Notes: generated from the sequence alone by a model not told the origin. 56,568 nt of DNA from Dehalococcoidales bacterium (GCA_021161775.1 JAGGZY010000003.1:1-56568), one strand, 5' to 3'. Shown: positions 8,480 through 17,946, numbered from the stretch's first letter. Translations and numbers: made by a program.

Positions 8480-9183
8480 TACCAGGTTATTATGATGTCT
8501 CTTATAGTATCATTATATGAAGGCGCTTCATAACGGTAGTCTGGGCGAGGCTCTATACATTGCCAGTACCGTTTACCTATAACCGGGCTAACTTTGTCGT
8601 CAGTTTGCGGGTCAAAATAAACCATCCCCTGGTCTATGGTGTTAAAGGCGATAATAGCGTGAGCTGAATGGGGGAAACGAATATCAACCGAAGCGCATCG
8701 GATGCCCTGACTCTCAGCGTTGTTATTAACATCACGAGCAAAGTGAGAGCATACATACTCATCCTCAAGATATTCATTACGGTCGGTCTTGTCGGCTCGT
8801 AAGAACCTAACTGCTTCAGCAAATGTAGGATTATGCACATGGAACATATCAGCCGGTATAGCCGAAAGTATTAATTTAGCCTCCCCTAGCTCAGCTTGCA
8901 CCCTTGATAGGCTATCTCTGGTATCCTCTAGCTCAGCCTCCATACTTGAGAGGTCATCTTTAGTATCCTGCAGTTCTGCCCTAGTCACTAATAATTCGTC
9001 ATTCGTTCTGGTTAGTTCCACATTACTGCTAGCTAAAGTAGCCTGCGTATCATAGAGTTCGGTTCTGGTAGCATCTAAATCTTGTTGGGCAAGCCTCCAA
9101 CTAGCAGCGGAGAAAAATATCCCTACCGCTAACACCACTATCGGCACTATAAAGGCGGCTTTTCGCTTTTTACTCATCACCAC
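8479..9183 (-). CDS. Membrane-anchored coiled-coil protein with a C-terminal Cys/His/Asp (papain- or transglutaminase-like) signature; function unknown
   Basis: Has an N-terminal TM helix and about five reiterations of an xxAELxDTxxxL unit. These are followed by YVCSHFA ... HSAHAIIAF ... YFDPQTDD. Confidence 0.5.
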   Translation of the reverse strand: MVMSKKRKAAFIVPIVVLAVGIFFSAASWRLAQQDLDATRTELYDTQATLASSNVELTRTNDELLVTRAELQDTKDDLSSMEAELEDTRDSLSRVQAELGEAKLILSAIPADMFHVHNPTFAEAVRFLRADKTDRNEYLEDEYVCSHFARDVNNNAESQGIRCASVDIRFPHSAHAIIAFNTIDQGMVYFDPQTDDKVSPVIGKRYWQCIEPRPDYRYEAPSYNDTIRDIIITW

Positions 9184-9274
9184 TCCCTTTTAGACTGAAT
9201 TACCGGCCGGGTTCTTACCGAGTCTTACTGTCAAGACATGGAGACATCGTTAACATCTCAATATACAGAACCCT

Positions 9275-9541
9275 TTATGTCTTGCCGGCAATGCTATTCT
9301 TAGCCACCCTCATCGTAGCTCCTGACTCTATCTTCAGCACCACATCATCCTGATTAATGCTCTCAATCTGCCCGTAGATTCCGCCAGCGGTAATCACCCT
9401 ATCCCCCTTCTGCAACCCACTCTTCAGCGCCTCATGCTCCTGCTGCCTCTTCTTCTGCGGTCGGATGGTGAAAAAATAGAATAACCCGAAAATTACTACC
9501 AAAAAGATAACTATATAGATTATACTTTTGCTATCGTCCAT
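9275..9541 (-). CDS. yajC: Preprotein translocase subunit YajC
   Basis: Has a single TM helix followed by RPQKKRQQEH ... KGDRVITAGGIYGQI. Confidence 0.9.
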   Translation of the reverse strand: MDDSKSIIYIVIFLVVIFGLFYFFTIRPQKKRQQEHEALKSGLQKGDRVITAGGIYGQIESINQDDVVLKIESGATMRVAKNSIAGKT

Positions 9542-9566
9542 TTTACCTCCTTAATTTAACCAGTTA

Positions 9567-10832
9567 TTAGTTCTCAACCTTCCCTTGTAATGCCCACGGG
9601 CTGGCTTTATCAATGTTCACCCTTATCAGTTGTCCCCGGTAATCATCACTGCCATCGAAGAAAACCAGTTTATTGGTTCGTGTCCGCCCCCACCATCTCC
9701 CCTTCTTCCTCCCTTCTACCAGAACCTCAACCGTCCTCCCCAGATGACGAGAGTTAATCTCCGTAGCTATGGCTTTCTGGAGCTGTTCAATCCTGCTCAA
9801 CCGCGCCTTCTTCTCAGCCAGCGGCACATCATCCTTGAATCTTCTGGCAGCGATAGTTCCTGGCCGTGGTGAGTAAGCCGCCACATGAACAACATCAAAC
9901 CCTATATCCGAGAGCAAGTCAACCGTCTGCTGGAACTGCGCTTCAGTCTCTGAAGGAAAACCAACAATAACATCGGTACTCAAGGCTACCCCCGGTATCC
10001 GGTGTCGTATCTCAACAACCAGACGACGATAGTCCTCTACCGTATAGCCGCGCCGCATCAGCTTAAGAATATCATTACTGCCTGACTGAACCGCCAGATT
10101 CATCTCTTCGCATACCTTATCCAGGGAAGCTACCGCCTCAGTGAGCCGGGAACTCATCTCCTGAGGATGGTTGGTTAGAAAACGGAGGCGACTTAAGCCA
10201 TCGATGGTGTTTAATCGATAGAGTAGCATTGCCAAATCAGGACTTCCGGGTAGGTCATGCCCGTACGAATCCACATTCTGCCCCAGTAGGATTACCTCCT
10301 TTACCCCACGGCGCACCAATTCCTTAACCTCGCTTACTATCTCTTCAACCGGGCGACTTCGCTCCCGACCACGGCGATAGGGAACAATACAATACGAGCA
10401 GAAATGATTACACCCCTGAATGATAGGCACCAGGGCAGTAGATAACGGATGTTGCGGTAATACCATCTCTGGAGCAGCCGGCTTCTCCATCCCCGGTGGG
10501 TATCCCCCCGGCTTAAAGAAATAATCAACATAGGGGAACCTCTCCTTGAGCCGGTCCACCTTGGAGTTTACCAGACAACCGGTAACCGCCAAGGTTAACT
10601 GGGGACGCTGTTTTTTCAATGACTTAAGCGCCTCCAACCTACCAATAACCCGATTCTCGGCACTCTGACGCACCACGCAGCTGTTCAGCACTACCAAATC
10701 AGCCTCCTCAGCAATAGCGACTGCCTGATAGCCCTGCTGCTCCAGGTAGCTACCCAACCGCGCTGACTCCGCCTTATTCATCTGACACCCAATAGTCCAG
10801 ATATAATATCGAGGCATACTTTTTAACCACAA
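9567..10832 (-). CDS. miaB: tRNA (N6-isopentenyl-adenosine-37) methylthiotransferase
   Basis: Has the UPF0004 N-domain (IWTIGCQMNKAES), the radical-SAM motif CNHFCSYCIVPYRRG and a C-terminal TRAM domain. The likely start is the internal Met (MPRYYIW). Confidence 0.9.
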   Translation of the reverse strand: MWLKSMPRYYIWTIGCQMNKAESARLGSYLEQQGYQAVAIAEEADLVVLNSCVVRQSAENRVIGRLEALKSLKKQRPQLTLAVTGCLVNSKVDRLKERFPYVDYFFKPGGYPPGMEKPAAPEMVLPQHPLSTALVPIIQGCNHFCSYCIVPYRRGRERSRPVEEIVSEVKELVRRGVKEVILLGQNVDSYGHDLPGSPDLAMLLYRLNTIDGLSRLRFLTNHPQEMSSRLTEAVASLDKVCEEMNLAVQSGSNDILKLMRRGYTVEDYRRLVVEIRHRIPGVALSTDVIVGFPSETEAQFQQTVDLLSDIGFDVVHVAAYSPRPGTIAARRFKDDVPLAEKKARLSRIEQLQKAIATEINSRHLGRTVEVLVEGRKKGRWWGRTRTNKLVFFDGSDDYRGQLIRVNIDKASPWALQGKVEN

Positions 10833-10876
10833 CTACTAAAATATAAGCCCCTCAATAAGGGGCAGGCTACCAAACT

Positions 10877-10968
10877 TGGCGGAGGGAGTGGGATTCGAAC
10901 CCACGACCCCAGTTTCCCAGGGTAAGCACTTAGCAGGCGCCCGCACTAGACCACTATGCGATCCCTCC
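10877..10968 (-). tRNA. tRNA-Ser (anticodon GCU), CCA encoded
   Basis: I folded it by hand. The acceptor stem is GGAGGGA/UCCCUCC and the D stem is 3 bp. The anticodon loop is CUGCUAA and there is a long variable arm. The T arm is GUGGG-UUCGAAU-CCCAC, with discriminator G plus CCA. Confidence 0.92.
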
Positions 10969-10984
10969 CCTATAATTAGGTTAC

Positions 10985-10993
10985 ATTGTAGCA
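10985..10993 (-). promoter_or_regulatory. Extended -10 element (TGcTACAAT on the minus strand) upstream of tRNA-Ser
   Basis: The minus strand reads gtgctacaat about 17 nt upstream of the tRNA 5-prime end, with TTGATT further upstream. Confidence 0.35.
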
Positions 10994-11118
10994 CTTTGTC
11001 CCCTATTTTATAAATCAATATTGCCGATTCAGCTAGCTAAATCGCCCCTTACCGAATAATTCTCGCCATCTAATCCAGTATAATCTACTCCTATCAAAGG
11101 GGCAAGCAACACTCCCCT

Positions 11119-11206
11119 AAATGTTGGAATAGTATTAATTGTTAGAATAATCCCAAATGTTAGAATAGTATTAATTATTAACATATGTTATAATGGCAAT
11201 GCCATT
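11119..11206 (+). promoter_or_regulatory. Reiterated -10-like modules plus a palindrome upstream of the ABC-2 exporter operon
   Basis: There are two 26-bp direct repeats (11119..11144 and 11155..11180, 24/26 identical). Four TGTTnnAAT-type extended -10-like elements occur, the last being TGtTATAAT at 11186..11194. The perfect palindrome AATGGCA-A-TGCCATT lies at 11192..11206. Confidence 0.45.
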
Positions 11207-11223
11207 ATAGATTAACTTGGGAG

Positions 11224-12207
11224 ATGATGAGCGACCACATTATCAAGGTAGCAAACCTGACCAAGAGATTTGGTAATTTGACTGCGGTAGATAATATCAG
11301 TTTTACCGTAAGTAAGGGGGAGGTATTTGGTTTTCTGGGGCCCAACGGAGCTGGAAAAAGCACCACTATTAATATCCTGTGCACCTTAGCTAAGCCAACA
11401 TCGGGGCAGGCTACAATCAATGGCTTTGATGTGGTACGCCAGCAGAGTCAGGTGCGTCAATCAATTGGCTTGGTATTTCAAGACAGCAGCCTTGATGAAC
11501 AGCTCACCGGGCTACAGAACCTATATTTTCATGCCCTGGTGTATAATGTGCCCGCTCCAGTGCGTAAATCGCGGATTAAGCAGTTACTCCAGATGACTCA
11601 GCTCTGGGATAAGCGCCACAACGCCGTGCGTACTTACTCCGGGGGGATGAAACGTCGTCTGGAACTGGCCCGAGGCCTGCTGCATTACCCCAAGGTATTA
11701 TTTCTCGATGAACCTACCATCGGGTTGGATCCCCAGACACGTAACCGCCTATGGGAATATATATCGGAACTACGACAACGTGAAGGGATTACTATCTTCC
11801 TGACCACCCACTATATGGACGAAGCCAACAATGCCAACCGTATTGCCATTATAGATTACGGTAAGATTGTGGCTATGGACACCCCGGAGAATCTCAAGCA
11901 TATCGTCGGCAAGGATATTATTACCCTGAAGACCGTTGACAATGACCGCACTGCCGAGGAAATCAAACATCTCTACCAGATTGAACCCCGGTATAATAAT
12001 GATGAGCTCAGCTTTGAAATCGCCAACGGGGAGAAGTTCCTGCCTAGCTTCATCAGAAAATCCAGCACCAAAATACTGAGCGTCAGCCTGCGTCAGACAA
12101 GTCTGGATGATGTCTTTCTCAAACTCACCGGCCGGGAGATACGGGATGAAGAAATGAGTAATACATTCAAGAACAGCGCCCACGGACGACGCATGGGACG
12201 GAAATAG
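11224..12207 (+). CDS. ABC-2 type exporter ATP-binding protein (DrrA-like)
   Basis: Has Walker A GPNGAGKST, signature YSGGMKRR and Walker B VLFLDEPT. Confidence 0.88.
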   Translation: MMSDHIIKVANLTKRFGNLTAVDNISFTVSKGEVFGFLGPNGAGKSTTINILCTLAKPTSGQATINGFDVVRQQSQVRQSIGLVFQDSSLDEQLTGLQNLYFHALVYNVPAPVRKSRIKQLLQMTQLWDKRHNAVRTYSGGMKRRLELARGLLHYPKVLFLDEPTIGLDPQTRNRLWEYISELRQREGITIFLTTHYMDEANNANRIAIIDYGKIVAMDTPENLKHIVGKDIITLKTVDNDRTAEEIKHLYQIEPRYNNDELSFEIANGEKFLPSFIRKSSTKILSVSLRQTSLDDVFLKLTGREIRDEEMSNTFKNSAHGRRMGRK

Positions 12208-12998
12208 TGATGCACAATCTAGGCGGGGTATATATCATCTGGTATCGGGATATGCTCCGCTTCCAGGGCAATCGGATACGTATGATTGGCTCCATATTTC
12301 TGCCGCTCCTGTTCCTGTTTATATTTGGTAGCGGGCTGGGCAGCCAAATGGGGGCTATCGCCCCAGGGGTTAATTATGCCCAATTTATCTTCCCCGGCAT
12401 CATCGGAATGACAGTGCTTACAAGCTCATTTATGGCAGGAATATCCCTAGTCTGGGACCGTGAGTTTGGCTTCCTGAAAGAGATACTGGTCGCCCCTATC
12501 AATCGAGCTGTAGTAGCTGCCGGTAAGACGTTGGGCGCTGCCACCGTATCCCTGATTCAGGGGGCAATCATCCTGATATTTGCCCCGCTGGTCGGTGTTT
12601 CTCTTTCTCCAAGTACAGTAGCGATACTGTTAGCCCTGATGTTCCTGCTGGCAGTGGCTATGAGCTCGTTCGGGGTGTTGCTAGCAACCCGCATTAAATC
12701 TATAGAGGCATTTCAGGCAGTAACCCAGCTATTATTATTCCCGATGATATTCCTGTCCGGGGTATTCATTCCTCTACAAGGAATGCCCCACTGGATGAGT
12801 ATCCTCACCAAGATTAGCCCCGCCACATATGGGATTGTTAGTCTACGGCAGATAGTTCTGAGAGAGACCTCAACTACCATCCTGGGAATTAATCTGCTGG
12901 GACATAATATGTCACTATGGAACAATGTTGGTGTGCTGGCGGTATTTGGCGTTATAATGATTCTTTTGGCAATGTACTCCTTCAGTCGTCAGGAATAG
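12207..12998 (+). CDS. ABC-2 type exporter permease
   Basis: A six-TM hydrophobic protein whose start overlaps the ATPase stop by 1 nt. Confidence 0.85.
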   Translation: MMHNLGGVYIIWYRDMLRFQGNRIRMIGSIFLPLLFLFIFGSGLGSQMGAIAPGVNYAQFIFPGIIGMTVLTSSFMAGISLVWDREFGFLKEILVAPINRAVVAAGKTLGAATVSLIQGAIILIFAPLVGVSLSPSTVAILLALMFLLAVAMSSFGVLLATRIKSIEAFQAVTQLLLFPMIFLSGVFIPLQGMPHWMSILTKISPATYGIVSLRQIVLRETSTTILGINLLGHNMSLWNNVGVLAVFGVIMILLAMYSFSRQE

Positions 12999-13056
12999 CC
13001 TCGATTGATTTTCATACCTGATTTCTGTTTAAATAGAAGGCACTAGGAGGTGATCA

Positions 13057-13701
13057 ATGAAGGGTCCAGAACTAAAGGCTACCACCAGAGATATATTAGG
13101 TAAGAAGACCAAGCAGTTACGTCGCCAGGGTATTACCCCTACCCACCTCTTCGGGCGTAATCTTGAATCCCTGACCCTACAATGTAGCACCACCGAAGTC
13201 AGCAATATTATTGCTCAGGTAGGAACCACCAAAATCTTTAACCTCAAGGTTAATCGTGAACAACGGCACCGCCGGGTGCTTATCCGCAAAATCCAACATG
13301 ACCCGCTGGGCAGCGAACTGCTTCATGTTGACTTCTACCAGATAAGCCAAGCCGAGAAACTAAAGGCAGATATTCCTATTATTCTGATAGGCGAAGCCCC
13401 GGCAATGAAGATAAAAGGGCGTTCCCTCACCCAAGCTCTGAACAACCTGAGTATTGAATGTCTACCCGATAAGCTCCCCTCGGAGATAAGGGTTGACCTG
13501 AGCCCCCTTGGGGAGCTCGGGCAGACCATCCATGTCAAAGACATTATGGTAAACCCCGAGATTACGGTTATTACTGACCCCGAACAGCTAGTGGTCAAGG
13601 TCAGTGAGACTGCCGCCGCCAAGGCAGAAGAGGAAATCGAAGCTATTACTGAGGTAACCGCTGCAGAAGCCCCTACCCCAGAAACGGAGTCAGCAGATTA
13701 G
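13057..13701 (+). CDS. rplY: 50S ribosomal protein L25 / general stress protein Ctc
   Basis: Has the GKKxxKQLRRQGITP N-terminus, a two-domain length and an acidic tail. Confidence 0.88.
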   Translation: MKGPELKATTRDILGKKTKQLRRQGITPTHLFGRNLESLTLQCSTTEVSNIIAQVGTTKIFNLKVNREQRHRRVLIRKIQHDPLGSELLHVDFYQISQAEKLKADIPIILIGEAPAMKIKGRSLTQALNNLSIECLPDKLPSEIRVDLSPLGELGQTIHVKDIMVNPEITVITDPEQLVVKVSETAAAKAEEEIEAITEVTAAEAPTPETESAD

Positions 13702-13722
13702 CGATGCCGAGAACGATAGTCA

Positions 13723-14565
13723 ATGATTATTGATTTTCACACCCATGTCTTCTCTCCTCAGATAAAGAGGAATCGTAGTCGGTATATCGAGGCTGACCCC
13801 TGTTTTGCCATTCTATACTCCTCAAAGGACACCAAACTAGCTACCGCTGATGAACTTATTGCCACTATGGACCGGGATGGTATTGACATTTCTGTCATCA
13901 CCAACATCGGCTGGACTACCCACGAGATGTGCGTGGAGACCAACGATTATATACTGGAGTCAATTGCCCGTTACCCCAACCGCTTGATTGGCTTCGCTAC
14001 TGTTCAGCCACAATCAAGCAGGGCAGCGATAGCCGAGATTGAACGCTGTGTTAAGGGAGGGATAAAGGGGATTGGCGAAATCAGGCCCGATACACAACTC
14101 CTCGACATCAACGACAGCGAGGTGATAGAACCCTTCATTGAGACCATCAGAAAATATAAACTACTCCTGCTCTTCCACTCCTCAGAACCGGTGGGCCACT
14201 CATATCCGGGAAAGGGAAGTGTAACCCCGGAGATACTCTACTCATGGATTACCCGCTTTCCCGATGTAACCATTATCGGCGCTCACTGGGGAGGCGGCTT
14301 ACCCTTCTATGCTCTGATGCCTGAGGTAAAACAGGCAATGAGCAATGCCTATTTTGATACTGCCGCTTCACCCTTTCTATACCATCCTCAGGTGTATAAT
14401 CAGGTTATCCAGCTGGTCGGCAGTGATAAGATACTCTTCGGTAGTGATTACCCGCTACTGCCACCGAGCCGACTGCTGAAAGAGATTGATTCCCTGAAAC
14501 TCGCTGAGTCGGTAAAACAACAAATCCTTGCCACAAATGCTCAAAAACTACTTCGCTGCGGCTAG
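13723..14565 (+). CDS. Amidohydrolase-family metal-dependent hydrolase (TIM barrel)
   Basis: Has IIDFHTHVF at the N-terminus, later HW/GSDYP motifs and a typical length. Confidence 0.7.
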   Translation: MIIDFHTHVFSPQIKRNRSRYIEADPCFAILYSSKDTKLATADELIATMDRDGIDISVITNIGWTTHEMCVETNDYILESIARYPNRLIGFATVQPQSSRAAIAEIERCVKGGIKGIGEIRPDTQLLDINDSEVIEPFIETIRKYKLLLLFHSSEPVGHSYPGKGSVTPEILYSWITRFPDVTIIGAHWGGGLPFYALMPEVKQAMSNAYFDTAASPFLYHPQVYNQVIQLVGSDKILFGSDYPLLPPSRLLKEIDSLKLAESVKQQILATNAQKLLRCG

Positions 14566-14575
14566 AATTTAGGTT

Positions 14576-15157
14576 ATGGAACAGCTCCGTTCGTTTATCG
14601 CCATTGAACTACCCGACGAGTTAAAGTTACAGCTGAGCCGGCTGGAGACCAAACTAAAAAAAGGCAACTCACCCCGAGTGAAATGGGTTAATCCGACTGG
14701 TATTCACCTGACGCTAAAGTTTCTGGGCAATATTACTACTGATAGCCTTCCCGCCATAACCAAGGCAATAGAGATAGCTACCCGAGGGATAGCCCCCTTC
14801 CGACTGCAGGCTAGAGAGTTGGGGGGGTTCCCCAATCTGAAACGGACTCAGGTAGTCTGGGTAGGGATAGACGGGGAGATAAACGAACTTGCCCAGCTCC
14901 AGCAGCGGATTGAGTCTAATCTAGTTCCCCTTGGTTTTGCGGTTGAGTCACGACGCTTCTCCCCTCATCTGACCCTGGCTCGCCTTAGCCGTCAGGCGTC
15001 ATCAGACGAACAGCAGAGACTGGGGGAGCTTATAGGTAGCACCCCATTTAACCCGTCGGGTATTATTGAGGTAACTGCCGTTAGCCTGATGCAGAGTCAG
15101 CTAACCAAGGAAGGAGCTAGGTATAACCGAATTAGTCTAGTTAGACTCAGCCATTAG
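14576..15157 (+). CDS. thpR: RNA 2-prime,3-prime-cyclic phosphodiesterase (2H family, LigT/ThpR)
   Basis: Has two HxTx motifs: HLTLKFLG and HLTLARL. Confidence 0.88.
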   Translation: MEQLRSFIAIELPDELKLQLSRLETKLKKGNSPRVKWVNPTGIHLTLKFLGNITTDSLPAITKAIEIATRGIAPFRLQARELGGFPNLKRTQVVWVGIDGEINELAQLQQRIESNLVPLGFAVESRRFSPHLTLARLSRQASSDEQQRLGELIGSTPFNPSGIIEVTAVSLMQSQLTKEGARYNRISLVRLSH

Positions 15158-15233
15158 CCAGATTATTAAATCAGCCCTTGTCAGAGACTAACTGTCTAGT
15201 GTATACTATAGGAGATTCAATTTTGGCTGGGAG

Positions 15234-15455
15234 GTGGTCTTAATGAATGAATCTGGTTTCCCCAAGTGTCTGAAGTGTGAAACAGGAGTTTTGGTGCCCC
15301 TATCCGATTTCGGTAGTCAGGGGGCAACCATTCATTACAAAGCCTGGGTTTGCACCAATCCCGATTGCGGGTTTAACCTGAAAATCAGGAACGGTGATAT
15401 ATATATTAATGAACCCATAATGAACGGGGCGCTCCACACTGCCCGCCCCCGCTAA
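15234..15455 (+). CDS. Small zinc-ribbon protein, function unknown
   Basis: Has CLKC ... CTNPDC Cys pairs. The likely start is ATG at 15243, 8 nt after GGGAGG. Confidence 0.5.
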   Translation: MVLMNESGFPKCLKCETGVLVPLSDFGSQGATIHYKAWVCTNPDCGFNLKIRNGDIYINEPIMNGALHTARPR

Positions 15456-15496
15456 TCACCGAATAGCGGTAGTTCTACCCTGAACCAGAGTCGCAG

Positions 15497-16216
15497 GTGA
15501 TGATGGTGCTTCCTCAGATAACTAAATTCAGCCAGGTAGCGCTGGATTTGCTGTTCCCCAAATGGTGTGTGGGCTGCGGTAAGGAGGGCTATTTTATTTG
15601 CCCTTCCTGTCGTCAATCGTTGTTGCGGATTGTACCCCCAGTTTGCCCCCAATGTGGCAAACCGCAACCTAGTGGTATGTTATGCCCTGACTGCGTGGGG
15701 CAACCAGTGGCTATTGATGGCATTCGCTCTCCATTTCAATTTGATGGGGTAATGCGTCAGGCTATCCATCAACTAAAATACCGTAACCTCCGGGCGCTAG
15801 CTAAACCACTGGCTAAACTGCTCAGCGATTATCTGGCAATTAACCCGATACCCGCCGAGTGGCTGGTTCCAGTACCGCTACACCAAAAACGACTACGAGA
15901 GCGGGGCTATAATCAGTCTCAGCTGTTGGCTCGGGAGCTAAGCCAGCTTACTGGGCTACCAGTAATGGATAATTGCCTCATTCGACAGCGGTATTCTTTT
16001 CCCCAGACACAAACCCAGAGCGTAACTGAGCGCCGAAGCAATGTCGCAGGTGCCTTTATCAGTAGCGACAGTCAATTAAAAGACCGAGCGGTATTAGTTA
16101 TCGATGATGTCAGCACTACCGGCGCTACCCTTAATGCCTGTGCCATAGCCCTGAAAGCTGCCGGCGCCATCTCCGTTTGGGGATTGAGCCTAGCCACCGA
16201 GATTAAACAGAACTAA
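15497..16216 (+). CDS. comF: ComF-family phosphoribosyltransferase-domain protein
   Basis: Has an N-terminal double CxxC zinc finger (CVGC..CPSC, CPQC..CPDC) and a C-terminal PRTase loop (VLVIDDVSTTGAT). Confidence 0.85.
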   Translation: MMMVLPQITKFSQVALDLLFPKWCVGCGKEGYFICPSCRQSLLRIVPPVCPQCGKPQPSGMLCPDCVGQPVAIDGIRSPFQFDGVMRQAIHQLKYRNLRALAKPLAKLLSDYLAINPIPAEWLVPVPLHQKRLRERGYNQSQLLARELSQLTGLPVMDNCLIRQRYSFPQTQTQSVTERRSNVAGAFISSDSQLKDRAVLVIDDVSTTGATLNACAIALKAAGAISVWGLSLATEIKQN

Positions 16217-16233
16217 TACAAGGAGCATCACCG

Positions 16234-16776
16234 ATGGAGTTACAGATAACCGGCAAGAATATGAATATACCACCTGAGGTACATAACCATATTGAACGTA
16301 AACTAGGTAAACTCAGTCGCTACCTGTCCCCTACTATCAGCTCCAAGGTAGAGATAGCGGAAGAAAAGACCCGGTCCCCCCAACAGCGCTTTGTTGTTCA
16401 GGTAACCGTAGACAGTGGCGGTATCCTGCTCCGTGGCGAAGAGAGGGGGGCTGACCTGTTCACCGCCGTGGACAAGGTAGCCGCAGTAATGTATCGGCAG
16501 ACAGAACGCTCTAAAGGAAAATTACACAACCGAAGAAAAAATAACTCATCCATTCGAGGTGAACTCGGCAAGGTAGCCAGTATCCAACCCACGGGAAAGG
16601 TGGTCAAGGTCAAGCAGTTTGCCCTTGAACCAATGTCAGTTGACGAAGCTATCTATCAGATGGAGCTTCTAGGGCACAATTTCTTTCTCTTCCTTAATAA
16701 TGACACCGAAAAAGTCAATCTGCTATACTGTCGTAAGGACACTAACTACGGGCTTATCGAAGCCGAACTGGAGTAA
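16234..16776 (+). CDS. hpf: Ribosome hibernation-promoting factor (long form)
   Basis: Has an S30AE N-domain (ITGKNMNIPPEVHNHIERKLGKL) plus a C-terminal dimerisation domain (MSVDEAIYQMELLGHNFFLF). Confidence 0.9.
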   Translation: MELQITGKNMNIPPEVHNHIERKLGKLSRYLSPTISSKVEIAEEKTRSPQQRFVVQVTVDSGGILLRGEERGADLFTAVDKVAAVMYRQTERSKGKLHNRRKNNSSIRGELGKVASIQPTGKVVKVKQFALEPMSVDEAIYQMELLGHNFFLFLNNDTEKVNLLYCRKDTNYGLIEAELE

Positions 16777-16794
16777 AAAATACCCGTCGACTTT

Positions 16795-17193
16795 CTATTT
16801 TATGTCAACGGTAAATACCTTCGTTTCGGCAATCTCTTCTTCCCAGGGCCGCTTGTAGTTCAGGGTTATCTCTGCCCTGCCTGAACTCAGTGCCTTAAAC
16901 CGGAAATACTCGGTGCCCCCAGCCCCTACTAAACCCTGGCTATGCTGGCTCTGCTTATAGGTGTTGCCGACCAGTTCAACCAAGGCTTCATCATGGCTTT
17001 CCTGCCAGGAATAGCCAGTAGTGATATTTGACTCCAGCGCAATAACAAACTCCTGACCAACCCTAACCTTCATCTGCTGCCCGGGGTCGGTATAGGTTGG
17101 GACTGACCGACAGCCCCCGCTACCAACCACTAACCCCAAGCCGGCTACTAAGGCTATCATCATCAACACTCGGTTCATTATTATCTTTCTCAT
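16795..17193 (-). CDS. Chagasin-family (MEROPS I42) cysteine-peptidase inhibitor, lipoprotein
   Basis: Has lipobox GSGGC, the NxTTGYSW loop, GAGGTEYFRFKA and YKRPWE. Confidence 0.75.
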   Translation of the reverse strand: MRKIIMNRVLMMIALVAGLGLVVGSGGCRSVPTYTDPGQQMKVRVGQEFVIALESNITTGYSWQESHDEALVELVGNTYKQSQHSQGLVGAGGTEYFRFKALSSGRAEITLNYKRPWEEEIAETKVFTVDIK

Positions 17194-17211
17194 TATTTTA
17201 TCTCCTTGAGG

Positions 17212-17946
17212 TTAAACCTGACGCCGGGATTTCATTCTCAGGGTCAAAAACTGCTCCTCGTATTTTTCAATCAGCCCCTCCCCGGCGAAGCTGAAGTAGG
17301 TATTATCCCCGATTATAATATGGTCTAAAACCTTAATCTGCATAATACTTGCCGCATAGACCAGGTCCCGGGTAACCTCTCTATCATCCTGGCTGGGTTG
17401 AGGATTACCTGAAGGATGATTATGGGCAAAAATTAGCGATGCCGCATTATGCCGGAGCGCCCCTTCCATAACCTCACGGGGGAAGACAACGCTGGTATTT
17501 ACCGTACCCCGGGAGAGGTCACCAACATCAATAATCTGATTCTGGCTATTCAGATAGATGACCTTGAATACCTCTTTCTTGAGGTCCCTCATTGAGAGGT
17601 AGAGATAGTCAAAAATCTCCTGCGACGACCGAAAAACCGGCTTATCAATAAGCCTCTCCTTGAGGAACCTGTTGGCTACTTCCTGAACTAATTTAATGCC
17701 GAAGGCACTATGGGAACCAATGCCATCTATCTCCTGTAGCTCTTCAGAGGAAGCCGCCATCACCCTCCTCAATGTCTTAAACCGTTTAATGGCTTCTTTG
17801 GCTTGTGGTTTACAGTCCCGGCGAGGCGAGCCCAGGGTTAACAATAGTTCAATAATCTCATAGTCGTGAAAGCCACTAAGCCCCGACTTGAGGAATCTTT
17901 CCCGTAACCTTTTACGATGCCCCTCTGATTTATTATCTGCTGTCAC
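17212..17946 (-). CDS. radC: RadC-family JAB/MPN domain protein
   Basis: Has an HhH N-terminus and the JAMM motif AHNHPSGNPQPSQDD. Confidence 0.9.
   Translation of the reverse strand: MTADNKSEGHRKRLRERFLKSGLSGFHDYEIIELLLTLGSPRRDCKPQAKEAIKRFKTLRRVMAASSEELQEIDGIGSHSAFGIKLVQEVANRFLKERLIDKPVFRSSQEIFDYLYLSMRDLKKEVFKVIYLNSQNQIIDVGDLSRGTVNTSVVFPREVMEGALRHNAASLIFAHNHPSGNPQPSQDDREVTRDLVYAASIMQIKVLDHIIIGDNTYFSFAGEGLIEKYEEQFLTLRMKSRRQV

Noticed and set aside
10836-11018. 60-aa minus-strand ORF
   Set aside because: It is almost entirely covered by the well-folded tRNA-Ser gene (10877..10968), so it is a translation artefact.
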